Origin: Tubiluchus corallicola | Lineage: Eukaryota > Animalia > Priapulida | Length of the DNA stretch: 64,000 nt | NCBI GenBank assembly: GCA_030141605.1 | Contig: JAQGDQ010002380.1 | Location: forward strand, 248,001-312,000 | Direction of reading: 5' to 3' | Translations under genes and position numbers: made by a program | Notes under the pieces: model-generated | Told to the model about the DNA's origin: nothing | The model's input: only the letters and a program-made list of their open reading frames with translations | The model's database searches: none | Shown: piece after piece, positions 38,301-53,300 of the stretch | Layout of the letters: the number at the start of each line of letters is the position of its first letter | How positions within the stretch are numbered: position 1 is the first letter of the stretch

Positions 38301-41300
38301 TAATGGACTAAGAAAACAATCCGACAGGAGATACACAAACTCTGAGGTTTGAAAAACTTATGGCTCGTTTTTTCCTTCTTAATTTTAAAATTGGAAAGTT
38401 GGTTTCCGCATGTTGGAAATAAATGCCATGTGTTTCAGGGAAAAGTATAAATTATCCTACGCAAGGTGCTTATTTTCGAGCATCGATCAATACAAAAGCG
38501 GAATACGGTCAGAAAAGACACTTTTTGTCAGAAACACTGTATCTAGCTTTTGCTTTTAAATTCTGAGCTTAGCTATGGGCGCTATACTTGTACATACCTT
38601 TTCCATCATAAATACTGTACATGTGGATAGCATATTCTCTTTTTAAATTTTGGCTTGCCGTTTAAATTTACATTAGCCGGTGTTACTGTATGTGTAAATT
38701 ACGTGTACAGAATGGCATACTGTAAATGTGACGAAAGGGACTACTGTACAACTTAGTCTGTATTTACTAATTTTAGTTACCAGTAGTTTAAAAAATCGCA
38801 TGTTTTACTCTAGAGCTTTTTTAAAAATGTTTAAACCCGGTTGGACTAATGTTCTCATTTTAGTTTACTGTTGCATCTTATAATAGAGCTCGTTTTTGAT
38901 GCTAAATAGAACTCATGCTTGCCCCGAATTAGACTATTTCTCTGTTTTGTAGATTTTTGCAGTAGTGGAACTTCGTAGAAATATTAATGGTCTCTTAGGA
39001 ACGCATCAGTTAGACTAATGTTCTGCCAATATCCATTCCTCCAACGTTGTGCAGTTACTTAAACTTACTTTCCATATGTTTTAAAACCCCCAAGGAAACA
39101 AATTTACCCATCTATCTTCAACTTGCTTGCCGCTAGCTCCGGGTAGGAGTACGCTTTAATGATAACTGCTGTCTACCCTGTCTACGGGTCTAACTTTATG
39201 ATTCTGTACTGCATAACAAAGTTGCATATATTGAATTGTCAGTTCCGTCTGTCTGTCTGTCCGTCAGTCACTACTTTTTCTCGGCCGTGGAGTAATGTAG
39301 GTTATCTATACCTCGCACGGACATAGGGCATCATTCAAGCTGTTAGTTTTTCAATCAATCGGTGTAGTTTTGAACTTTTGACGCATAACAATTATACGGT
39401 ATAATAAGAATATTTTTATCGCTATAATAAGCTGCGTACCGCGACTATAGGTTTATTGGTCATATATGTTTGTTTGTATCTGTACGTCATGCGTCTCTAG
39501 ATGTCTATACTTTCTATACGTCTATATGTATCTGTACGTTTATCAGTATCTGGCCATTTTTTTACGTAATTAACCGTCAAGTAACATTGAAGGATATCAC
39601 CTCGCGCAGTGGAAGGGCATCTTTCAAGCGCGGAGCCGACTACAGAAGTTTCGGTCCTAAACATCTATCTGTCTCTTTGTCTGTCAGTCTGTTACCACTT
39701 TCGCTCGCTCCCGAGTAATCTAAAAAGTTGAAACGTCTTACAACTGTAGGGCATGGTTCAACCTCGTATACATACTGTAAATTTTGGGGTCAGTTGGCAC
39801 AGCTTTCTTGAAGATTTGTGTATAGCAAAGTTCTGTAACTATCGCTCAAGTGTACGTGATCGAGTGACAACTAAGTGAATTATGATTCATTATAAGCATC
39901 AGATAACAACAATCACTAACATATGTTATGCAGAAAACATATTTTTGTGACAGCCTCCATGTACGTAAACCCGCAGGATATGATGGTAGTCTGTGGTTTT
40001 TCAAAGCCTTCAAGTATACCTGTATCTGAATTTAGATCTTTGTTTGAAGTTTTAAGTTTTTAAATCCACACGCATTGTAACTCGGACACGTTTAAAGTTT
40101 CTTCTATTAAAAATTCAAATTAGAATTCTGGCCAAATTAGAAATTTAGTATCATTTTAAGTGTCATTGGAGAATATACATCTTTGAAATTGTCTCAGAAT
40201 ATATCGACCTCGTCATGGCAACTATGTCCCTTTACTTAAGTTACTTTAGTTAAGATTCTGCTTATAGCAGAATCTTCTTGATTTTTTAATTTAGTTTGAG
40301 TTTAATATTATAAAATGCAAAAAAGTGCAAATTATATTTTTTTATTTTCCTGCAAGTTATGTATGTTTTGTTTTGAGATTAAAATGATAATCTTTACGAA
40401 TTTACCATCATATGCATACGTCTGTATTCTGACAGCACAAGTTTCCTTACCATCATTTTGCATTTTACTGCAGTTATAGTTTCATAGTAGACTGTTTGAG
40501 GATATCATATCCAGAACTTTCCAGAAATTTATTTTATGTCTATTCTCTACCGAACGTGCAAAACAGATGTGAAAAAAATCTGCCAAAGGACTGGAAAGAT
40601 GTTCTTAAAACTACTCTGCCCTGTTATTAATAAGGTTCCCTTGTATACAAAAAGGATACTGTCAGAGCTTAAATTAAAACACTTGTAAAAATTTACTATA
40701 ACCATTTTAAAGTTATCCGAATAATTACTTTTGTCATTACTGTTACAGACAAGAGGTGTGCAATACAACCTATAAACATCAAGCAGTGTCATAAACGAAT
40801 GGTCTCATAAAATATATTTTTGTCCCTTGCTATAAAAATCTGGTCATATTTTTGTACAAATGCAACCTTTTTATAAGTTGAACTGGTTTTCACGTTTGTT
40901 AGGCAGTGTTTGCATCTGTCATGCATCTTGAATGGACGTAGCTCATTTACGAGGAAGGACGAAAACATATCACATTGTAGAAATGTAATGGTAATAAAAA
41001 TAAATGAGATGTGACACTTCATTGCTCAGAAGAAGATTCTGTTTCAGAACTATAGAGAAATTTTGGGCAATAACAGGAATGACAAGGTAACAGCAATGAC
41101 TAGTGAGGTAACAGTACAACAAGAATGACACATATACACACTATATAAGCAACAACAAGTGTTTTATTAAATCTTCGTAACTGTTTGACAAGAACAGAAA
41201 AAATACAGCTTTTAAATTTTTTATAAAAAGAACAATATCCATAAAAAACTCACTATATAATAAATTTTAATTTGAAAATCCGTCGTTTCTGCTATGCTCT

Positions 41301-44300
41301 AGCAATCTTTGTCAGGAGTATATTATGAGGCATTAAAATTCGAAACAAAACAAAAGCATTATAGCAAAACTAAGGGTATCTATGAAAACAATAATCATAG
41401 AGGAGAAAAACAGAAAATGTAATCTATCATTAATATAATATAGAATGATAATTCTTTAATATATATATTATATATGTGTGTGTGCGTGTGCGCGCGTGCA
41501 TGTGTGTGCGTGCATGCGTGTGTGATTTTTATTTAAAGCTAAGTTTTTACAATTAAGGCAGATTCAACTACGTGTTTCTTTAGTGATGTTCCTAGCTGGA
41601 AACGTTGGATTTCTCTAATGTAAATTTACTAATATTCATTATATAATGGATTGTTTATGAAATAGGTCAGAACAGATTTGGCCAAAAACAGATTTGTTTT
41701 AAGAAAAATCACAGGAACAGTAATCTTGTTGAAACTCAAACTGCACGTACATTATCGCAGCTGCTAATGGAACGCCATAAGAAAATATTAAATTATAAAT
41801 GCCTTTGTCTTCTACAGGTACATCTATTGGCTAATCTACCCATGCCATTGTTTAAACTGTGAAAAGCAGAAACTTCATGTTGTGCTAGTTTCCTTTCTAT
41901 AAGCCAGATGGTCTCTCTGCTACTACACAATACTACTCTGAAATATCAAGATATCTTCTTACGTGTCATTGCTGTTACTTTGTTGTCACTCCTGTAACTT
42001 GAACGATTATAACAGGAGTGACAGTAACAGGAATGACTGTCAAGGAAAAAAACCTGCTCACACGGGCTAACTATCCTACTTCACCCTTTCCAAATAATTA
42101 GATTCAACACAGTAAAGTACTAAAATTAACCAGGCATGATTATAAGCATTTTATGTTCTGTTTTCTAATAACGGGATATATAACAGTAATGATCATGAAT
42201 TAACATATCCAGAAACAATGAACCCAAACTTTTGTCAGAAAACTTAAAAAAATATTGGAGAAGCCACCGTTAAAAAGTTTGCCAAATCACAATAGGTGGT
42301 GCTCTCTACTAACAAATATTTAAAACAATAGAGTCAATCAGTGGTACATGCCTCAGCTTTTCCACCAAAGTAACAGGAATGTCGTTGAACTTGGAGACAC
42401 ACGTGAAATTAAACAACACAAATATTTGCTAGTTCTGAAAGTATTTGGGAAGAGGAGTTTCACCTTTAGTGTGCTGTTTAGAATAAAATACTGCAAATTA
42501 GTTTTTAAACGGATACTTTCTGCCAAATCTATCTAGAAAAGTTGAAAATGGGCACTGGGGACATAGGAAAAACTTTCACAGGAACTGATTTCAGCTTCAA
42601 TAGAAATGTCCAAATCACTTTTCTGGCAACAAATACAACTGGAATAAGTTTCTTTGGTGTCTACCAGTCATGAGACAGTATTGCACCAGAAACTTTGTTA
42701 TTTAAAAAAATTATCCTGGGACAAAAATTGTACGTTCTGTGGAGAATGGCCCACTTACAGAATGCTAATATTTTTCATCTGAAGACTGAAACTGAAAGGG
42801 TAAAAAAAGTGTAGAATATATACGGGTATCTCTTAATGGGAACGAGTGTGGATTGCAGAAAGATGACTGATGTCCCACGTTGTCCCACAACTTAAGAGGC
42901 TTATGGTACTAAATCAAATACTGCTTGTAAATCTGTTTCTGAAAGAAGTCGAAATAATTAATTTAAAAAAGCCCAGTCTGTATTTTCGTAGGAGATGCTA
43001 CTTAAGTAGTCCAGTCGGTATTGTATTGGCAGTTTATCTTGGAGCTTTGTTTGTTTTCTTTTGCGGTCAAGAGCGGGTTCTAGGCTTTATAGTTTAAAGC
43101 ACCTAAGTTTAGCACTTGGAAAGGGAAGCCCAACTGACCCAGTAATTGGCGCGAAAAGACACAGTTCTGTAATGCATGGCTTCATATTCCAGCTGCTGGA
43201 GAAACTATATTTGGAACTGATCACAGCTTCCTCATAACTGCGCATGAGACTCGGAAAGCTTTCCGTGTGTCAAGGAACTGTATTTTTGTTTGCCTTGCAT
43301 TTTATTCACTGTCTGAATAATGCAATAAGGCTGGTCTTGTGGTCGTGTTAGCGTGATTGCCTCTTTTATTTCAAAAAACACCTTGTTACACAAAGAAATT
43401 TTTTTCGAAAGTTGGCGGAGGTGATTAACAAATAATGGAAGCAGAAAGTCCATAATTATAGTTGCTAAAAATGGGTAAATGTAGTGTTGGAATAGGGGTG
43501 AGCATTCTCTACCAGAAAGCGAATTCGAATCGAATCGAATCGAATTTGTGACTTTCTAATTCGAATTGAACCGAACTTCATTATTTCGATTTCAAATTGA
43601 GATTGAATGATTTTCGAACCAGTTTTCGAACCACCAGTAAAAATTAGTTTTACAAAGATCATGCATATTACTCGACTTTGTTCTACAGTAAAACCACTAA
43701 TAATGTGTCTAAAAAATTGTGCACAGAAATCACAGCTAAATTATGCTAATTGCATGGTGTTTCAAACATTTTAATGATAAAGAACGCATGTGGTTGAAGT
43801 GCTGAATTATTTGAATCTATTGTTTTAGGTTCGAAACGAATTCGAACTAAAAAACTCGTTCGCACTCAAACGTTCGATGCTCACCCCTAGTGTGGAACAT
43901 AGTGTTGTTCAAATGCCAGTGTCTGCCAACTAGAATTCGTTAGGTTGATAAACAGAATGATAAAAAAGTTACGAAACTAAAAGGCAAAATGTACAATATA
44001 ATACTGGTCGACACCACATAGAAGCAGCCCCTGAAAGCGCCTAGTGAACTTAGTTCAATTGTATGATTTAGCTTTTGCTGAAGTTTTACTAAACGTTTAC
44101 GAACATGTTAAGTTTTCTGGCACTCATAGCGGGTAGCAGTCTCGATGTAGCGAATCATTTCAGGTAGAGCGCGCTCATTGTCACCAGGATCATAGTTAAT
44201 ACTGTACAGACTACTGTCTATATGTTCTCTATAAAATTTATTAAATAGTGAAATGTTTGTAGTGAATCTTAGTGATAACACTAAGCATGGAAAACGACCC

Positions 44301-47300
44301 TTCAACTAACTTCTGAGTCTCATATAGAGCAAATTCGTGCAGTTTTGCTTGTCTCATTGCAAGATTTCAGGTAGTATAATATTAATTCAAATGCTTACTT
44401 TCCACAATATTTTTTGTACAGGGTGTCTCAGAAATCACTATAACACTTTACATTTCCTGTATTTTTCAATAAGCAAAGCAAAATCTTTGAAAGTAATTCA
44501 TACTGATGAACTGAAACCTTGAGAAATTCTTTTAGGCAAATTAGACGATAATCTGAAAAGACTACTGCTCGAGTAGGTTTTTTCTATTTTAGCCACCTTC
44601 TTCAAGGACTTCAAGAGTTTTAGAGAACGTTACTGTGGCAAGTGGGGCATCTTGCATTGAAGAAGTCTCTCACAGCCCCTGAGTTGTGAGGAAGGGCTGC
44701 ACCTTGTTGAAAAACTACATTGTTTTTAGTGCACTGCCGATGTGGTGCTCTAAATTTCCGCTGAAATTTTGACGTCATTTCTAACGCTACTGTCGTCGCC
44801 ATAGCAACGGAGTTCCGGTCAAAAACTCAATAAAAATTGCCCTAGACCCTTTTTGATTCGAGTAAGAGCTTACCAAGATTGGACAAAAAATCAAAATATA
44901 TAGTGACTTATAGAAGCCCTACAGATTAAACCCAGTTCAACCGTTTATTGGAAGAATTTACATGCGTGATATATTAGAAGGTATTCTTTGGACATTCTCC
45001 ATCAAACGCCACTTTTATCTACCACGCTAGTAGTCCATAAAACATTCATTTTGACTTATGACGCCACACAGTTCAGCTTCAGCTTTTCTTTTCGAGAACT
45101 TTTTCATTGTATATTTGCATGTTTTGATAGGTGTAGAATGTCATGAGTGTCTCCAAATTCACATAGAACCTTACTGGTAGGTTTGCCCTACCATCTAAGG
45201 TAATTTAATTGAAAAGGACTAGTGAAGGACTGCACAAATGTTTTGCGTAAACACGTGCGTCATTCAAAGTCTGTTTAAGCGTCGTAGAATTAATTGTGCA
45301 TAATCACCCTAATTTTGTTAAGCAGTGCATGTAAGATAATGTTAACAGCTGTTGCTTCTATTGCGTAAGACATTCGTCAGCATATTTATAGATAATTTCA
45401 AGGACCTACTGCTATGCACCACACTGCCACTAATTAATTAAATATTACTATATCTGGATTTGGGTATTTTCAGAAATCGTAGGTAACAAGCAAAGTGAAG
45501 CCCAGTTCAGGGTGCGAGCGTTCAGTGCAATAGAGAAGCCATAATCGCTGCCCCACATCTTGACTGCTTATTTCCGTCCTCCCACATCTTTTGCGTGCAT
45601 GTGCGTGATGGATCAATATGATGCTGCTCTGTGCCGAACGCTACCTGTTATCAATAAATCACTACTGTAGTTTCAGCTTATTGTTATTGGCTCGAAGAGA
45701 ACTGTTGTCTGTGTGACCATTATGCTGTACATAAATAGCAGGGGTCTTTGAGGCCATCACCAGATGTATAAGGTTGGAGGCATGTCCAAAATTAAACATT
45801 TATGCGCCTAATTCTAATGCAATCGTTCCAATGATCCAGTGCACAAGCCCCATAATTTTGTAAATATTTATTTATTAAATCAAGGCACCCGAAATACTGG
45901 AAATGTGAAAAATTCAACAATCTAATTATATCTGCTAGTGATTTATCGGGTGAATTATCATTTTTTTCACCAGTAATAATGAAACACGTGTCTGACTCTA
46001 GTTGACCCTGCATTCTGGTATCCTGCGCTCATCATAATGCTTCTAATTTTGTAGTTGTGGAAGAACCAGTAGCTAGTAATATCAACAGTTAGGTGTATTA
46101 GTCATGTTTTGTATACATGCATATCATGTATACATTTTTCCTCGATGAACGCTAACGTTAGCTAAAAATTGCTTAGCTTGGATAAATTAAGAAAAACTAT
46201 GCACCAACCTATGTTTGGCATTTATAAAGGCAAAATTACGATTGCTGGCATGTAATACTCGTAACTTGTGCACGTTCGTTCCAATAACCAAAGTTCACGT
46301 CTAAATTAAAAATACGGTTACAAGCTTTCTTTATAAATCACTTGCCAGGTTTCCCGTTAATACGTGCAGTTCTGGCTGAACAAGACTGCATGTGTATTTG
46401 AACTCCACTCTCATTTACTCTTATCAAAACATTAGATAAAACAGTGATTTACAAAATTGTTGCTAGTGTTCTGCAAACATCGCTTAATAGCTTATTGCAG
46501 CGTACTGCAGTGCACTTTGACCTGTTTTGTCACATCGCATTCAAGATAGGATCTTCTTTTTCTTACGCATAATTAGCGTTCCAAAATCTTCACACTTGCG
46601 CAACTGCAATAATCCTAGAAAAGAGTATTCCCCAGTTATCAGGGATTAGCTGAAAAAGTTCTGTTTTGTATTAAGACTGCAGATAGTTTGCAAAAAATTT
46701 GGGCAATTTCAAGAGCAGAGCAGGCGATGCGAAACAGCAAAAGCTATTTGTGTATTGGACTTGTTCATGGGAAAGCTCTTAATACATCATACGAAAGTAA
46801 GATCAGCGATGTTTTGAAATCACCCAGAAATTAAATAGTATTGCTCTCTAGGTCTACTTTATGTTCTCATGTCGACTGTGCAGAGTTTAGAGATTAATCA
46901 GTGAATTTCTGGTTTATTAGACTTAAAATTAGTCCAGCATAAGTGATATTGTGGGCTAATGGTACATAAAAATCGTATAGTTTTACATTGCTTGATTGGA
47001 GAAACCCACTTTTTACGATTGTCCAGTCATTATGCCTGAATTGCACATTTTTCTCCTTGTATTTTGTATTTTGTAAAGTAGTACATTAGTAAGTATACTA
47101 TGAGCCTATATGATGCTTTTCTTTTTAGGTGTGCCTTTCCCACCATCACATCGGCTCACAATGTCAGAGGTGTTCGACGCAAAAGGGAAGCCTCGCATGG
47201 AAGTTATGAAGCAACACTTTATTTTAGAGGGTCGAGTAGAGGAAGCAGTAGCTCTTAAAATTATAAATGATGGTGCCGCATTATTACGAGCTGAAAAAAC

Positions 47301-50300
47301 AATGATAGATGTAGAAGCTCCAGTTACAGGTAAGCAGTAATTTCCCAGTAAACGCTTACTATATTATCCACAAGCCAAGCAAGGTACAAGTGTCACCTTG
47401 CTTCACCTTTGTTATTAGAGCTCTTCTTATTACCATTATGACAGAGTCTGAGCGTGAGACACGTGCTAAGGTGTCGATTACGTACAGTATAATTAAATAT
47501 GATTGATTATACAGATTTACAGTTACATTACATATATAAAATTCATAATCGCAAATTACAATTAAACCTTTGTGATGCTATTCCTTTGGGCAAAGTTATG
47601 TTTGTAATTAGCACCACCACCTTATGTCCACAAAAAACATTGCTTTTGCAATTATTTGTTTACCTCTAAATCTCCATACACAATACAAATATGTGATTAA
47701 AGTAGTGTTGCCACTTATACCATAATTAACAGAACATACACGTTCATGATACAAAAAAGAGACTATACAATAATCGATAATTGTATGATAATTTAGTATT
47801 GCGAAACTAAAAAGCAAGGCATGAAAAATTGTGCATTGAAAAATTTAAAACATTACTGCTAACGAGTGGGAAATAAACAAACTTTGATTTCAACTGATTT
47901 TAAATATTCCACGACTCAGCTTTAAACATTCACAAAGCTTTAATAAAAAAATTTTGTTTGAAAGAGATTTTTTCACAATTTTTTTGTGGCCGGCCCTAGC
48001 ATTTACCACAATTAATAACTTTTTTAGATGTTAATCATTATTTCACTTATCACTGTATTAGTAGTGACAGCACATGTATAATCAGTCGCAATTAACTTAT
48101 GCAGAATCTCCTGGAAATTAGATTTTAATTCATTTTATTTCATTAACTCGTTCATTCGAAAAATATAGCATAGTTTTGGTAAATTATAGTAATTAAATTA
48201 TATTATATTAGATAACCGTTACTCACTTAAACACCAATATCGGTGCATTACAGATGCAAAAACATTGAGATTATGTGATAATTTCATCGTTCTTCTGGTG
48301 TGTGAATGTTTTCTTGTAAAGTTAATACATAAAAATCGTACTTCCAAAGCTTTATTATGAAACACATAACTAACGGCGTGTATGGACTAAATGACAAGTC
48401 AGCAAACAGTTGTTAGTTATTGTAATTATTGTATCGCCTTCAGCATAAATAAATTTATATTGTTTCATTTTATGACGAAATAATATAAAGCCTTTTATGC
48501 CAATGACTGTTAGTGAAACTGATTGTTAACGAATAATGGCCAGAAATAAACACAGTTACTCTTCCACTCTAAAGCGCAGAGGAGCGTGGGATAGAAATGC
48601 ACCTTGAAATTGAATAATGGCCATTGTCGGCAGAACAAACTCGCGCTGTGCTTCTGCTCCCTGGCTCAGTGATAATTCTACATGAAGCCATGTTCTATGG
48701 CGTATAGTCAAGAGAATGAAGCCTGCGCCTGCTGTAATAAGAGTCTTGGATCAATATTTGCTTTCCCAGCTCCTGTAATACTGGACAGTGTGTTCGTGTA
48801 CTATACCAGATCCAGGCTAGAATCTCCCTGCACATGTCTTCATTTCCTGTAGGTTTGTTTGTTTGCACCCTGGATTAAAATTGTCTTTTTCATTGTGCAA
48901 TCTTCAGTTTTCCATCTTGGAATCTTCAGTAGCTTGGGAAGAGTTTTTTCAAATGTCCACTTGTGGGTTTCAGGATTTTCGTATAGAATACCTGTAATTC
49001 AACTGTACTGTTTCATTGTACTCGCAAAGTACAACCTCTTGTGGCAGGTCTACAACCTGTGTAGACTATAGACACAATCCTTATTGAATCTGTAGATAAA
49101 TAATCATGATATATCTAAATTTATGTTATCCATCTTGGCCTAAGCTCATGATAAGGGTCCGTACATACTATTAATCTGGTATGAATTTTCATTTTTTTAT
49201 TATTTAACCGATCTCTATCTCCCTAGCTAGCAGCGTGTATCAACTGTTTACCACCGGGTCTATGTAATCCTAAAAACATGAAGAGTGTTCAACAAATGAC
49301 CTTAGGAGAAAATATGTCGTTATAATATTTCGATTTCAATGGCTTGATGAAAACAAACGTGACACTTTTCGTTTTGTTTAATAGATATAGTTTTATATTG
49401 AGCTCCATACAAGCTGCCTCCTTTCATGTTAATTCATTTAGGTGGTTGCTGTGTAATCGATTGTCCATGTTGCCCTGTTAGTTGTTGGCTGCCCTACAGC
49501 AGCTTCAGCGTTTTTCCCCGTGTTTATGCAAGCAAATCTAAAAAAACACTGTTTTTATTCGCATCCGCGCTGTCATGCGGATGCTGCTTGCACTCATTAA
49601 CGAAGATATGGATTGAGGCAATTGCACGTACACGGTTATTGAATTGCTTGGTAATTGTATAACTTGCTGGGAATGATCAAACATTGAGAGCGCAGTCTGT
49701 AGACACTATACGCTCTTGCTGATTATTGTAATATTTGTATATATCATATTGATAACATTGAGGTCGTTTATTGTTTGTCGAAATTGCTGATGATTTGGAA
49801 TTTGACAGCAGTGCGTTATGTTGTTATGCCAAATATCCTAAAGGTTTCTATTATGACATTAAATGTGTATTGAAGTATCAAAAGCATAAAGCTCAATAAA
49901 CCGTGAATTGCCATATATATTTTGCTTGCACAGGCTCAGAACAGTAACTTTCCACAAAATAGTAATATTTATTTTACATGTATAACACAATTTTCACATT
50001 TAGCAAATTCCTTCAAATATAATTATAGGCAATGTTTTCTCCATTACCGAGCTCTGAATGCCCAATATATTTTAAAGTAGTCTGATTGTTTTTAAGGTAT
50101 GATGACTACCTGAAGAGATATACTATGAACATATTAATTCACCTATTGCTTCTTATTTATTTTTATCCTAACATATTAATTCACCTATTGTTTCTTATTT
50201 AGTTTATCCTAAATTTTTGCATTGTTTTCTTTCAATAATCACCATTTTTGTATTTGTATATAAAAGTTTTCAAGATGGTAATAGGCTAATATTGTTTCTT

Positions 50301-53300
50301 ACGTTTTTCTTACGTTTTTGCCTTTTCAGCCATTGTATTGATCACTGTTTGTTATTTCATGCAAACTAACGTCGCCAGAATTAAAGTTAGTTTGACTCAA
50401 GGGTCATTACGGTTTCTTGTCTTTTCATTTCTGCGTACATTATTAATTAACAAAGTAAACAAAGTTGAATTTAATTAAATTTTTAGGCCTATTTTATATA
50501 AGCGTTAGTTAAATTGTTGCCAATTTTTTGATGTGTTAGCTATGGGTACTATTCTGAGACATTTTGATTGCATGCTTTTTACTGACCTTTTTCTTCTTTT
50601 TCAGTTTGTGGTGATATTCACGGTCAGTTCTATGACCTTATGAAACTGTTTGAAGTGGGTGGTCCACCCTCATCGACGCGGTATCTTTTTCTTGGTGATT
50701 ATGTTGATAGGGGATATTTTAGTATAGAGGTATGTATGAGAAAGTGATGCTTAATGAATTATATACATGTGTTAATTGAACGTGTGTTAGTCATTACAAA
50801 ATAATTTATTTATTCCAGTGCCAGATGTGACAGAAAAGCTGCATAATGCAAATCTTGAGCTTTACACTAAGAAATATAAGACAAATGAGGCCAAATTTCT
50901 GAGTATGATAAGAAATATCAGATAAATATTAAAGTAAGAATGAAACAAAAGGTCTAACCACCAACAGTATCATTTAGTTATGAAAGTAGTATTTAGATGA
51001 AGGGTTGTAAAAAGCATGTGGACTATCGAGTCAGACACCCCGAACCTTCACAGCTGTCAGCACTTGAATCACTGATTAAGCATTCTTCAAAATTCAGCCA
51101 CTTCAAATTAGAGCAAAATGCAAATTACTTAGTGTAATTTTTCCACCTCTTGCCAATTAAATTATTATGAATAAAACTTAATAAATGTTTTAGTAAGCAA
51201 CATCTCTAAACATTTTCCCTTATTGCGACAAGCTACAAAAAATGTGTAAAATCACATGACTAAAGTGCAATAAGCCTACATAACCACTGAAGAATTGTTC
51301 ATATTGGCATCTAATTTTGTTAAATTTAGTTAAAATAACTTTTGGTTTTAAAAGATTTAAAAAAGCATATTTATTTAAAAAACATGCATGCAGTTTTCAA
51401 AATAAAATTATTCCACCTTACGTTAGATAATGGTGATACCATATGTAATTTGCTGTTTACTGTAATAATCACTGTCCTGCTGTGAAATTATCTCAGAAGT
51501 AGAATTGTCTGTTTCTAAGCTTGAGTTAGACATGTAAAGGCACTTTAATATAAACATCATATATTTTCAGCGCTCTAATATTTACATCAAAGTAGGATGT
51601 AATTTGAAATTTCTTTTTTAAGCGCATGTATCGGTTTTATTCTTTCCTGTGTCAGTTTGTTTGTTGGGTAATTCTTAATGTTTGAAGTGACAGCCTCATT
51701 GTATCAAATTCTTTATTAACATTGCATCGTTGATGCAATTTTCATTGAGGATAATGTAAGTGGTACTTGAGTACTCGTTGTCAAACACACGCGGAGTTTC
51801 TTACATTCGCAGATAGTTACAATACTAACACTGGGACAGTTTTATTCAGAATTTAAAAACATTTAAATTGCTTTAAAATGTCTCCATGTCATCGGTATAC
51901 AGTTATTTTTCTGCCAGGTAGTTTTCTCAAGTTCTCATTGTTCATTTTATTGTCTGAACTCCTAATGATTGTGATTATTCATCTAAATTATTAGCAGTGG
52001 TGGACCCATTGTAATGTTTCTGCTAGATCAAAATGTAAAACAACTCCCTGATACTTAGTTTCACATATCAAATGAAAGTAAAAATTTCAAGCAAATAAAG
52101 TTTTACATCTTTTCAATATTGTTTTATTTATTTGTGTTTATCCATGCACAATACAAAACTAGTAAATTTTAGTAGTGTTATAAGAAAACTGAAAATCTCA
52201 CATACATAGAACAGTCAATCCAAGTATCTTACATGCCATAACTTGAAAATGGTTTTGAAGCATAATTGTGGAATATTCTTTAGCTGATGAATTTTATCTT
52301 CAGTTAAGGATACAAAGTTTAGAACAGCACTAGTTAAAATGGTAGGGCATATAAAAAGTGATCCAAACCGTTTAAATAACAGCTAAGTAATCCCCACATC
52401 GCATTTGCTTTGGCCCCTTACGAATACGTCCGACTCTTTAAAGATAGTCAAACAACATACCTTGATTGCTGTGCTAACCAGTGCATCAGGTAAATATCAT
52501 TTACATTAAGTGATTTCCTTCCTTTACAATAGGATACTCTTCGAATATAGTAGATGGGTCCACCTAAGTCTTAAGCTACATATATTATGAACGATTTGTA
52601 CCTTGAAGCATAATTTTCTAACTTTATACTATGTACTTAATTATTGTTTAGTATGGCTTGCAAACTAGCAGCATTATGTAAAGTTATATTTTTTCAGTGA
52701 AATATTTTTCTTTTAACCATTTCGTAATTTTTAAAATTACTACCACATTTTGGTAAATATATCAGTTTGGTTATTCAGTTCGCAGTTCAGTGCACAAGGC
52801 ACAGTGCACTTTTCGCCCATGGAGTACACATACATTGAACACATGCTTTGTGTCAACATTTTGTTTAGTGTATAAACATTCATTGTAATAAAATTTAGTA
52901 TTCAGATTGATTGATGAACTTTCAGACAGCCTGGTCCGGTATACTGTTCTGACTCCTGTAAATTTTTATACTGGAGTGTCTGTTATCTGGCTTTTGTTAT
53001 AGTACCTCTAAAAAACTTTAATTATGCAAATAATGACCATTGAAATAAGATCACAAAATCAATTGTCGCACACGCTGTGTTCCAACAAGCTCTAGTACAG
53101 GTTGAATATATTGAATAAAAACAAAATTCTTTTGAATGAAGTTATACGAAGTTTGAATGTTTAAACTCTACTGATGAACATGATGCATATTCAACTGAAC
53201 TGCTGCAAGCATTTAACTTCAGCATAGGGTCTTGGAACTATGTGCTACTCTAGATGTTACCTGAATGTAACATTGGGCATTGTACATTTGTTAAACATTT

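Noticed and set aside
48840-48995. Minus-strand 50-codon open frame after TTACAG in calcineurin intron 2 (nested gene?)
   Set aside because: Weak polypyrimidine tract, no recognisable motif and no partner exons.
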